This document shows positions 27,090 through 35,201 of a stretch of 50,845 bases of DNA, in pieces. The DNA comes from Pirellulales bacterium. Lineage in GTDB: Bacteria > Planctomycetota > Planctomycetia > Pirellulales > UBA1268. The stretch lies in assembly GCA_049243925.1 (NCBI GenBank), contig JBMLMS010000301.1, positions 1 through 50,845 of the forward strand, given 5' to 3'. The stretch's first letter is position 1, and every line of letters begins with the position of its first letter. The notes beneath the pieces are model-generated. The model did not search any database, had not been told where the DNA came from, and saw only the letters and a program-made list of their open reading frames with translations. Both the position numbers and the translations under genes were made by a program.

Positions 27090-28477
27090 GCGAAGAGCTC
27101 CTTGATCGGGTCGGTGCCGAAGTCGGTGAGCGCGAAGGGGCGGCCGGCGGGGCCGGGAAGGTGCATCTCGTGGTCGAGGCCGAGCGAGTGGAAGATCGTG
27201 GCCACGATGTCGCCGGGCTTCACGGGCCGCTCCGCGGGGAACGCGCCGATCGTGTCGCTCGCCCCCACCACGCGGCCGCCCTTCACGCCGCCGCCGGCGA
27301 ACGACACCGTAAAGCACTGCGGCCAGTGGTCGCGGCCCCCCGCGGGGTTCACCTTCGGCGTACGGCCAAACTCGGAGAGGCCCGCCACGAGCGTGTCGTC
27401 GAGCAGCCCGCGCTGGTGGAGGTCTTCGATGAGCGCGGAGTAGCCCTGGTCGTACATCGGGCAGACGACCGTCTTCATGCCCTCGATCGACGTGAACGGC
27501 TTCGAGCCGTGGATGTCCCACGACGTCTCGTCGAACACCGTGAGGAACGTGTTGATCGTCACGAACCGCACGCCGTTTTCCACGAGCCGGCGCGCGAGCA
27601 GGCAGCATTGCCCGAAGCGGTTGAGCCCATAGCGCTCGCGGACGGCCTGCGGCTCCTTCGAGAGGTCGAAGGCCTCGCGGGCCTGCGGGCTCGTCATCAG
27701 CCGGTAGGCAGCGTGGAAGTTGTCGTCGAGGAGCCGCGCGTCTTCGCTGGCCTCGAACTGCTTCGCCGCCCCCTCCACGATCTCACGCATCTTCTGACGC
27801 CGGTCGAGCCGGGCCACGGAGATCTGGTCGGGGGGCAGCAGATCGGGCACGCGGAAATTCGGCTGCGAGGGATCAGCCATGAGCGCGAAGGGATCCTGGG
27901 CCTTGCCGAGAAATCCGCCGGCCTGGCCGTTGGGCAGGTTGCCGCCGCCGCGGCCCATGATCTCGGGCAGCACCACGAAGGGTGGCAGGTCGGTGCGCCG
28001 CCCGAGCAGATACGAGGCCACGCTGCCGGCATGCGGCGTCTGGATGCCGCCGGTGAATCGTCGGCCCGTCTGCATGATCTGCCAGCCGGCGTCGTGCACC
28101 GCGGCGCCGTCGTGGTGGCACGAGCGCACGAGAGAAAACTTGTCGGCGATTTCCGCATGCTTCGGCAACAGTTCCGAGACCTCGAAGGCGTCGCTCTTCG
28201 TCCGGATCGGCTTGAAGGGGCCGCGGATCTCGGCCGGGGCGTCGGGCTTCATGTCCCAGAGGTCCATGTTCGACGGCCCGCCGAGGTTGAAGATCGTGAT
28301 GCACGACCGCTTCTCGCAGCCGGGGCGAATCTTCCCCTCGCTCGCGGCGCGGGCGTATTGCGGCAGCGAGAGGCCGACGGCCGCCAGCGCGCCCACGTGC
28401 AGGAAATCCCGCCGGCTTGTACCCGACCCGCAGAGGACCGCCCGCTCACCGGGCCGGGCGACGCGAAATTCAAACAT
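27086..28477 (-). CDS. DUF1501 family (sulfatase-fold) Tat-signal protein
   Basis: Leader TSRRDFLHVGALAAVGLSL. FNLGGPSNMDLWDMKP, SEFGRTPKVN..GRDHW. GGAGGA Shine-Dalgarno sequence upstream of ATG 28477. Confidence 0.85.
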   Translation of the reverse strand: MFEFRVARPGERAVLCGSGTSRRDFLHVGALAAVGLSLPQYARAASEGKIRPGCEKRSCITIFNLGGPSNMDLWDMKPDAPAEIRGPFKPIRTKSDAFEVSELLPKHAEIADKFSLVRSCHHDGAAVHDAGWQIMQTGRRFTGGIQTPHAGSVASYLLGRRTDLPPFVVLPEIMGRGGGNLPNGQAGGFLGKAQDPFALMADPSQPNFRVPDLLPPDQISVARLDRRQKMREIVEGAAKQFEASEDARLLDDNFHAAYRLMTSPQAREAFDLSKEPQAVRERYGLNRFGQCCLLARRLVENGVRFVTINTFLTVFDETSWDIHGSKPFTSIEGMKTVVCPMYDQGYSALIEDLHQRGLLDDTLVAGLSEFGRTPKVNPAGGRDHWPQCFTVSFAGGGVKGGRVVGASDTIGAFPAERPVKPGDIVATIFHSLGLDHEMHLPGPAGRPFALTDFGTDPIKELFA

Positions 28478-28545
28478 GCTGGGTCCTCCGTGCGTTACGA
28501 ACTTTTAGGCCAGTGAATTCTAGCCCGGAGGCGTCCCGGCGTCAT

Positions 28546-28574
28546 TTGACGAACACCGCATTATTTTGTATTTA
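28546..28574 (+). promoter_or_regulatory. Candidate promoter giving a near-leaderless transcript for the PAS-AraC gene
   Basis: TTGACG (28546-51), a 17-nt spacer, TATTTA (28569-74), and ATG at 28581. The stretch is unusually AT-rich for this window. Confidence 0.3.
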
Positions 28575-28580
28575 AGGCGC

Positions 28581-29327
28581 ATGGTCATTCAGGGATTGCT
28601 GCCGATGCTTTCAGGTTTTGCCGCGGTGCAGGCGCTCGACCTGTTCGACGCGCTGCCCGACGTGTTTCTGTTCGTGAAGAATCGGGAAAGCCGGTTCGTG
28701 AAGTTCAACAAAGCCTGGCTCAGCATGCACGGCTGCGCGACCGCGGCCGACGCCCTCGGCAAAACCGACTACGACTACCATCCGCCGGCGCTTGCGGCGC
28801 AGTATGTCGCCGAGGACGAGCGGGTGATGCGGTCGGGGAAGCCGCTTTGCGATCAAGCGTGGCTCGTCCCTGATCACACGGGAATGCCGCGTTGGTATCT
28901 GTGCACGAAGATCCCGCTGTTCGACGCCGACGGCACCGTGTCGGGGCTGGCCGGCGTGCTGCGGCCGTTCGATCACGCCGGCAACGCGCCCGATGACTAC
29001 CGGCGGCTCACGCCGGCGATGGAATACGTGCTCGAGCACTACCGTCGGCCGATCAGCGTCGCAGACCTGGCCCGCCGGGCGGAGCTGTCTGCGAGCCAAT
29101 TGCAGCGCGAGTTTCGCCGGCTCTTCGGCATGAGTGTGGGCGACTACCTGCTCCGCCTGCGGCTCCTGATGGCCCAGCGGCGGCTGCGGGAGACGGCCGA
29201 CGCGATCGGCCGGATCGCAGCTGACTGCGGCTTCTACGACCAGAGCCATTTCACGCGGGCCTTCAAGGCCCACACCGGGCTGGCCCCGCAGCAGTATCGC
29301 CGGCGCGGCGGACCTCCGCGCGAGTAA
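28581..29327 (+). CDS. PAS-domain AraC-family transcriptional regulator
   Basis: N-terminal PAS-like block (FVKNRESRFVKFNKAWLSMHG..DYDYHP). C-terminal AraC HTH (SVADLARRAELSASQLQREFRR..., IAADCGFYDQSHFTRAFKAHTGLAPQQYRR). Confidence 0.85.
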   Translation: MVIQGLLPMLSGFAAVQALDLFDALPDVFLFVKNRESRFVKFNKAWLSMHGCATAADALGKTDYDYHPPALAAQYVAEDERVMRSGKPLCDQAWLVPDHTGMPRWYLCTKIPLFDADGTVSGLAGVLRPFDHAGNAPDDYRRLTPAMEYVLEHYRRPISVADLARRAELSASQLQREFRRLFGMSVGDYLLRLRLLMAQRRLRETADAIGRIAADCGFYDQSHFTRAFKAHTGLAPQQYRRRGGPPRE

Positions 29328-29392
29328 TCATGCTATACCATCCGCTGTCGACGCCGTTTCCCATTGCGACACCTTTTCTGAGGAGCTCGTTC

Positions 29393-30760
29393 ATGAACAC
29401 CGCTTCGCCTGCCCGTGGGGACGCCGACGTGCGGCCCGCCGCCGAGCCCGTGAACTCCCGGCGGGAGTTTCTCACGACGGCCGTCCAGGCCGCAGGCGCG
29501 GCCGCGCTGCCGACGATCGTGTCGGCGCGGGCGCTCGGGCTCGAGGCCCGGGCCGCGGCGGCGAGCGAGCGGCTGACGCTCGGCGTGATCGGGTTCGGGC
29601 CGCGGTGCAAGTATGTGCTCACCGAGATGCTCAAGTTTGCCGACGTGCAGTGCGTGGCGATCGCCGACGTGCAGAAGCGGTGTCGCGACGAGGGCAAGCA
29701 GCTCGTCGATGCCGCCTACGGCACCTCTGGCTGCACCACCACCGGCGACCTGCGGGAGCTGCTCGCCCGCGCCGACATCGACTGCGTGCTGATCGCCACC
29801 GGCGACCGCTGGCACGGCAAGGCGGCGATCATGGCGGCGGAGGCGGGCAAGGACGTCTACTGCGAGAAGCCCTGCGGGCTCACGATCGACATCTGCGGCC
29901 AGATCGACGACACGATGCGGCGCACCGGCCGGATCTTCCAGGCGGGCACGCAGCGGCGGAGCGTGCCGAACTTCATCCGCGTCAAGGAACTCGTTCAGGC
30001 GGGCAAGATCGGCGCCCTCACGGAGATGCACGCCTCGGTCTACATGCCGTCGCTCAACAACAACTGGCTTCCCGCACAGCCGACACCCGATCCGGAGCTG
30101 TGCGACTGGAATGCGTGGCTCGGGCCAGCGCCGTGGCGTCCCTACAACGGCGAATATCTTGGCCGCGGGTGGCGGGGCGTCTACGACTTCGAGGCCGGGG
30201 CGCGACTGCTCGACTGGGGCGTGCACACCGTCGACATCTGCCAGTGGGTGAAGGGGGCCGACGGCACCGGTCCGGTCGAGTTCACGCCTTCTGAAACCGG
30301 CATCATCTGTCGGTACGCCGACGGCGTCTCTCTCACCCTCCACTTCCTCGCCGATCCCTTCAAGGACCGTGGGCCGCAGTTCAACACGCAGCTCGGGACC
30401 TGCCCGGTGCGATTCGTGGGCCGGGAGGGCTGGATCTCGACGGGCGATGCCGGCCTGGTCGACGTGGAGCCCGCGACGCTGGCCTCCGAATTTCCCGATG
30501 CCGTCAAGCGGGTGAAGGGCACCGACGCGGCGGCTCATGCCCGCGACTTCTTCGACTGCGTGAAGAGCCGGCGGCCGGCTGTCTGCAACGCCGGCGTGAT
30601 GCGGCGATCGCATGTCGTCGCCCATGCCGCGGCGAATTCCTGGATCCTGGGCCGCACGCTCGGGTTCGATCCGGCCACCGAGACGTTCACGAGCGGCGGC
30701 AAGCCCGACGCCGAGGCCAACGGCCTCAAAAAGCGGCCGGAGCGGGAGTGTTGGACATGA
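29393..30760 (+). CDS. Tat-exported Gfo/Idh/MocA-family oxidoreductase
   Basis: AGGAG precedes ATG 29393. Leader NSRREFLTTAVQAAGAAALP, then LGVIGFGPR, DCVLIATGDRWH and KDVYCEKP. Confidence 0.85.
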   Translation: MNTASPARGDADVRPAAEPVNSRREFLTTAVQAAGAAALPTIVSARALGLEARAAAASERLTLGVIGFGPRCKYVLTEMLKFADVQCVAIADVQKRCRDEGKQLVDAAYGTSGCTTTGDLRELLARADIDCVLIATGDRWHGKAAIMAAEAGKDVYCEKPCGLTIDICGQIDDTMRRTGRIFQAGTQRRSVPNFIRVKELVQAGKIGALTEMHASVYMPSLNNNWLPAQPTPDPELCDWNAWLGPAPWRPYNGEYLGRGWRGVYDFEAGARLLDWGVHTVDICQWVKGADGTGPVEFTPSETGIICRYADGVSLTLHFLADPFKDRGPQFNTQLGTCPVRFVGREGWISTGDAGLVDVEPATLASEFPDAVKRVKGTDAAAHARDFFDCVKSRRPAVCNAGVMRRSHVVAHAAANSWILGRTLGFDPATETFTSGGKPDAEANGLKKRPERECWT

Positions 30761-30800
30761 CGGTCCGGCCCCACGGCACAGCCTCCGGCCAGGAAGAGAG

Positions 30801-30829
30801 TTGACGGATAAAATATACGCCCGTACACT
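30801..30829 (+). promoter_or_regulatory. Candidate sigma70-like promoter
   Basis: TTGACG (30801-06), a 17-nt spacer, TACACT (30824-29), 49 nt upstream of ATG 30878. It overlaps the near-palindrome TATACGCCCGTACA. Confidence 0.3.
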
Positions 30830-30877
30830 CAAGGCATCGGTAGTGCGAGCCTATCGGGCCTATTGGGATTGTCTTCC

Positions 30878-31660
30878 ATGAACACATTCCGCATCTACGA
30901 GGATCTCCGGACGTCTCTCGGGGAGGAGGCCGCCAAGTCGCTTGCCCACACGCTCGGGCCGATGTTCGAGGAACTGAGCAAGACGGTGACCAAGGCAGAC
31001 TTTCACGAGCTCACAGCGGCAGTCGACCGGCTGGCCGAGTCGCAGGATCGCACCGACGTTCAGCTTGCAAAACTCACGGACGCGCAGGCTCGCACCGACG
31101 TGCAGCTTGCAAAACTCACGGACGCGCAGGCCCGCACCGACGTGCAGCTTGCGAAACTCACGGACGCGCAGGCTCGTACCGACGTTCAGGTTTCCGAGCT
31201 CACCAGGGCGGTGCAGTCGCTGGTGAGTCAGGGAGAGCGGCATGCTGCCCGGCTCGATGCGGTGCTGGGCTCCACCTTCGAGCTCCAGTTTCGTGACCGA
31301 CTGACCTCCTATCTCGGCCGGCTGATGCGGCGGGGCAGGTTGTTGAGAAACGACGAGGTGCTCGATGCAATCGAGCAGGCCGTCGACCCCGACGAGGCTG
31401 ATGAGGTGCTGCGGGTGGATGCGATTGCGTCGGGAATCATCGACGGGGTTGCGAGCCATGTGGTCGCGGAAGTGTCGGCAACCTGCGGCGTCGACGACAT
31501 CGATCGCGCCGCGAGGAGGGCGGGCATCCTCCGCAAGGCCGGCCTTGCCGCGGTTCCGCTGGTCGCGTGCAAGGTTATTTCGCCCGAGCTGCGATCCTAC
31601 GCCCGTTCGAAGCAGGTGCGGATCTGGTGCGATGGCACGATGCTCGACGCGGCAGCCTGA
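30878..31660 (+). CDS. Coiled-coil / restriction-endonuclease-like hypothetical protein (DUF3782-like family)
   Basis: The N-terminal half is helical with AQARTDVQLAKLTD repeats. The C-terminal half (RVDAIASG..HVVAEVSATCGVDDIDRAARRAGILRKAGLAAVPLVACKVISPE..) matches a family I recall from Thermus and cyanobacteria (..VVEVS...DV.RA.RRA.LLR.AG..A.PVVAGE..). Confidence 0.6.
   Translation: MNTFRIYEDLRTSLGEEAAKSLAHTLGPMFEELSKTVTKADFHELTAAVDRLAESQDRTDVQLAKLTDAQARTDVQLAKLTDAQARTDVQLAKLTDAQARTDVQVSELTRAVQSLVSQGERHAARLDAVLGSTFELQFRDRLTSYLGRLMRRGRLLRNDEVLDAIEQAVDPDEADEVLRVDAIASGIIDGVASHVVAEVSATCGVDDIDRAARRAGILRKAGLAAVPLVACKVISPELRSYARSKQVRIWCDGTMLDAAA
31049..31204 (+). repeat. 42-nt (14-codon) in-frame tandem repeat, about 3.7 copies
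   Basis: Units run 31049-31090, 31091-31132 and 31133-31174, differing by 1-3 nt. A diverged partial fourth unit reaches ~31204. Each encodes RTDVQLAKLTDAQA. Confidence 0.9.
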
Positions 31661-31680
31661 AAAAAAGGGGCGCGGCAGCC

Positions 31681-33669
31681 TCAGCCGCGGTGGAGCACGA
31701 AGCCCTCGATCGCCTCGTATTCCGGCAGCCCGAGCTTGTCGTAGAGGCGAGCCGTATCGCGGTTGCGGTCCTCGGCCCGCTGCCAGAACTCGCGCGGGTC
31801 GGTCGGGCCGGGGAAGAGGGCGCGATCCTTCTGGCTCTCGTGCTTGAAGATCGCCATCCGCTTCCGCTCCACCTCGTCGGGCGAGAGCGGCACCGCCATC
31901 TCGATCTCGTGCGGCTCCCACTCCTGCCAGGCGCCGCGGTAGAGCCAGAGTTCGCACTGCTTCGCCCAGTCGCGGTTTTTCACCTCGTCGAGCGCCCGCG
32001 TGATCGCGGCGAGGCAGACGCGGTGCGTGCCGTGCGGGTCGGAGAGGTCGCCGGCGGCGTACACCTGGTGCGGCTTCACCTGCTCCAGGAGCTTTACGGT
32101 GATCGCGATGTCGTCGGGACCGATCGGCTTCTTGCGCACGGTGCCCGTCTCGTAGAAGGGCAGGTCGAGAAAGTGGATGTTGCCCGGCTTCACGCCCGAG
32201 TAGCGGGCACCGGCCCGCGCTTCGGTACGGCGGATCAAGCCCTTCACGGCCTGGAGTTCAGGCAGGTCGATCGCGCCGGCAGGTTTTGACTTCAGGAACG
32301 AGCGGATCTTGTCGGCGACCTCGCCGGCTTTCGCTCCCACGCCGAACGCCTTGCAAAACTCCTCCACGAAGTCCACATGCCGATCGGCCGACTCGTCCCA
32401 CACGGCGATGTTGCCGCTCGTCTGGTAGGCCACGTGCACCTCGTGCCCCTGCTCGCAGAGGCGGATGAACGTGCCGCCCATGCTGATCACGTCGTCGTCG
32501 GGATGCGGGCTGAACACGATCACCCGCTTGGGAAACTCCGTCGCCTTCTTGGCCTCGGCGTTGGCGTCGAGCCCGCGGATCCGCCGCGGCGTGCCCGGCT
32601 TGCCGGCCGGCCAGCCGGTGATCGTGTCTTGCATCGCCCGGAAGACCTCGATGTTGAGGTCGTAGGCTCTCCCGCGGTGCGAGAGCAGGTCCTGGAGGCC
32701 GTGCTCGTTGTAGTCTTCGTCGGTGAGCTTGAGGATCGGCTTGCCGAGTGTGAGGGCGAGCCAGATCACCGCCTTGCGGACGACCGCATCGGTCCACTCG
32801 AGGCCCATCGAATCGAGCGGCCCCACGACCCACGGCGCCTCGAACCGTGTGAGCCGGGCCGCGGCGGCCCGGTCGAGCACGAATTTCGCATCGGCGTGCT
32901 GCTGCAAGGCACTCGCCGACACGTGGCTGCACGGCGGCTCCTCCACGGCCTTGCGCACGATCGTCGCCTTGTGCTCGCCGAACGCGAGCAGCACGACGCG
33001 GCGGGCGTCGAGGATCGAGCCCACGCCCATCGTGATCGCCTGCCGGGGCACGTTCCACTCGCCGAAGAAGTCGCTGGCGGCGTCGGACCGCGTCACGCTG
33101 TCGAGCGTGATCAAGCGCGTGCGGCTGTCGATGGCGCTGCCCGGCTCGTTGAAGCCGATGTGGCCCGTGCGGCCGATGCCGAGGATCTGGAGGTCGATGC
33201 CGCCCGCGGCCCGGATCGCCTCTTCGTAGCGGGCGCAGGCAGCCGCCACGTCGGCCCGGGCGAGCGTGCCATCCGGGATATGAATGTTGGCCGTGGGGAT
33301 GTCGAGGTGGTCGAAGAGGTGCTCCCGCATGAACCGGTGGTAGCTCTGCAGGGCGTCGGGCTGCATCGGCCAGTATTCGTCGAGGTTGAACGTGACGACC
33401 GTCTTGAACGACACGCCCTCCTCGCGGTGGAGCCGGATCAGCTCGTCGTAGACGCCCACGGGCGTGGAGCCGGTGGCCAGGCCGAGCACCGTGGTCTTTC
33501 CTGACGCGGCGCGCGACTGCACGAGGTCGGCGATCTCGCGGGCCACCGCGCGGCTGGCATCGCCCGGCTGGTCGTAGACCGTGACGGGCAGCCGCTCGAC
33601 GGCGTGCACGTGGGGCAGGGGGCCGCGGTAGATCGGGGCGGACGGCACGACGGATGGGGAAGGCTTCAT
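31681..33669 (-). CDS. nagB: Glucosamine-6-phosphate deaminase (NagB) fused to a PIG-L/LmbE-type deacetylase domain
   Basis: The NagB half has VLGLATGSTPVGVY, TFNLDEY and GIGRTGHIGFNEPGS. The LmbE half has VIVFSPHPDDDVISMGGT and HVAYQTSG. ATG at 33669 gives 662 aa. Confidence 0.85.
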   Translation of the reverse strand: MKPSPSVVPSAPIYRGPLPHVHAVERLPVTVYDQPGDASRAVAREIADLVQSRAASGKTTVLGLATGSTPVGVYDELIRLHREEGVSFKTVVTFNLDEYWPMQPDALQSYHRFMREHLFDHLDIPTANIHIPDGTLARADVAAACARYEEAIRAAGGIDLQILGIGRTGHIGFNEPGSAIDSRTRLITLDSVTRSDAASDFFGEWNVPRQAITMGVGSILDARRVVLLAFGEHKATIVRKAVEEPPCSHVSASALQQHADAKFVLDRAAAARLTRFEAPWVVGPLDSMGLEWTDAVVRKAVIWLALTLGKPILKLTDEDYNEHGLQDLLSHRGRAYDLNIEVFRAMQDTITGWPAGKPGTPRRIRGLDANAEAKKATEFPKRVIVFSPHPDDDVISMGGTFIRLCEQGHEVHVAYQTSGNIAVWDESADRHVDFVEEFCKAFGVGAKAGEVADKIRSFLKSKPAGAIDLPELQAVKGLIRRTEARAGARYSGVKPGNIHFLDLPFYETGTVRKKPIGPDDIAITVKLLEQVKPHQVYAAGDLSDPHGTHRVCLAAITRALDEVKNRDWAKQCELWLYRGAWQEWEPHEIEMAVPLSPDEVERKRMAIFKHESQKDRALFPGPTDPREFWQRAEDRNRDTARLYDKLGLPEYEAIEGFVLHRG

Positions 33670-33686
33670 GGTGCGAGCGCGTCCTT

Positions 33687-34979
33687 TCAGATGAGCTTTG
33701 TTTTTCCAGGCACCGCGGGCGCCTGCCGCGGCAGCGACGACGTCCAGGTGAGATCCTTGGGGAAGAGGTCGAGCTGCGACTCCTCCGTGAGGAATTTCCA
33801 GGATACTTTCTGCCCGGTGTAGGCGGCCATCCGGCCCATCACAGCCACGAGCGAACTGTCGGCCATCTGCCGCAGCTCCACGATCGGCTTGCCGGCGCGG
33901 ATCGAATCGACGAGGTCCTTGTGCTCCTGCTTGTAGGCGTCGGCGATGCTGCCCTTCATCTCCCACACCTCCTTGCCGGCCCGATCGAAGATCCGCGAGC
34001 CGGCATTCGCCGCCCCGATGTGGCACTCGCCCTTCGAGCCGTAGACCACGTTCGACACGTCCGTGGCCGCGCCCGGGATCTGCCGGCACATGAACGACAC
34101 GATGCGGTCGCCCGGATATTCGTAGTTGATGCTGAAGCTGTCCCAGAGTTCGCTGTCGTCGGGCCGTGTGAACCGGCCTCCCGACCCGAAAGCGGCCACG
34201 GGGTTGGCGTCCATCACCCAGTTCATCGTGTCGAGGTTGTGCACCGCCTGCTCGACGATCTGGTCGCCCGAGAGCCAGACGAAGTGATACCAGTTGTTCA
34301 TCTGGTATTCGGCGTCGCTCATCCCCTCGGTCCGTGGGCGATACCAGATGCCGCCGGCGCAGTAGCGAGCCGTGGCGCCGATCACGTCGCCGATCGCACC
34401 GTTGCGGATCTGCTCGATCGCACCGAGGTAGTTCACCTGGCGGCGATACTGCGTGCCGGCCACGATCGCCGTGCCCTTGGCGACGGCCGCGTCGTGGGCC
34501 GTGAGGCAGACGCGGTAGCCCGCCGGATCGACGCACGCCGGCTTCTCGGTGAACAGGTGCTTGCCAGCCTCGACGGCGGCGAGCGTGTAGGACGGCCGGA
34601 AGCCGGGAGACGTCGTGACGTGCACGAGGTCGATCGAGGGGTCGTCGAGGATGCGGCGATAGCCATCGAACCCTTCGTGGATCGTGTCGGCGCTCGCCAC
34701 CTTGCCCGGGTGGGCCTCACGCATCGCCTTCCAGAGCGACGCGCACTTCGAGCCGAAGAGGTCGGCCGTGGCCACGAGTTTCACGCCCTCGTTGATCGAG
34801 AGCGAATCGTTGATCGCCCCCGAGCCGCGGCCGCCGCAGCCGATGACGCCGATCCGCAGTTCGCGGGTGTCGGCCGCGGCGAGCGACGAATGGACCATCG
34901 TCGTGGAGAGCGTGGCGGCGGCTGCGGCCGTGAACGAGCGGCGGGAGACCGCGGTGGGGCGTGGGGATGGGGTAGCCAT
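33687..34979 (-). CDS. Tat-exported Gfo/Idh/MocA-family oxidoreductase
   Basis: Leader VSRRSFTAAAAATLSTT, then IGVIGCGGRGSGA, DLVHVTTSPGFR and KHLFTEKP. Confidence 0.85.
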   Translation of the reverse strand: MATPSPRPTAVSRRSFTAAAAATLSTTMVHSSLAAADTRELRIGVIGCGGRGSGAINDSLSINEGVKLVATADLFGSKCASLWKAMREAHPGKVASADTIHEGFDGYRRILDDPSIDLVHVTTSPGFRPSYTLAAVEAGKHLFTEKPACVDPAGYRVCLTAHDAAVAKGTAIVAGTQYRRQVNYLGAIEQIRNGAIGDVIGATARYCAGGIWYRPRTEGMSDAEYQMNNWYHFVWLSGDQIVEQAVHNLDTMNWVMDANPVAAFGSGGRFTRPDDSELWDSFSINYEYPGDRIVSFMCRQIPGAATDVSNVVYGSKGECHIGAANAGSRIFDRAGKEVWEMKGSIADAYKQEHKDLVDSIRAGKPIVELRQMADSSLVAVMGRMAAYTGQKVSWKFLTEESQLDLFPKDLTWTSSLPRQAPAVPGKTKLI

Positions 34980-35201
34980 GGGATCTCTCCAAGCGTGGGG
35001 GCCCTGCACGGCATCGCGCCGCACCCTTGAGTGTGCCATCGCCGCCCGGATGCGGGAATGCCCCAAAGTACGAGGCCATGTGTTTTTGTACGGCTTGCCG
35101 TTGTCCTCGGGTCAGGGCCGACTTCAGCCGTGTGAGCACGTTTTCAAGCGAATCTCATCTCTGTGACGGTGGCCGCAGGCCGACGGTGGTATCGTGTGGG
35201 G

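Noticed and set aside
27161-28516. 451-aa plus-strand ORF, and similarly 29333-30832 (-), 9015-10376 (+) and 35124-36143 (-)
   Set aside because: Each lies opposite a gene with strong family motifs and translates to R/G/H/P-rich sequence, so I treat them as non-coding shadows.
31681-34536. 951-aa minus-strand ORF as a single protein
   Set aside because: Codons upstream of MKPSPS (33669) overlap the Gfo/Idh/MocA gene in another frame and show no domain. The NagB domain begins right after 33669.
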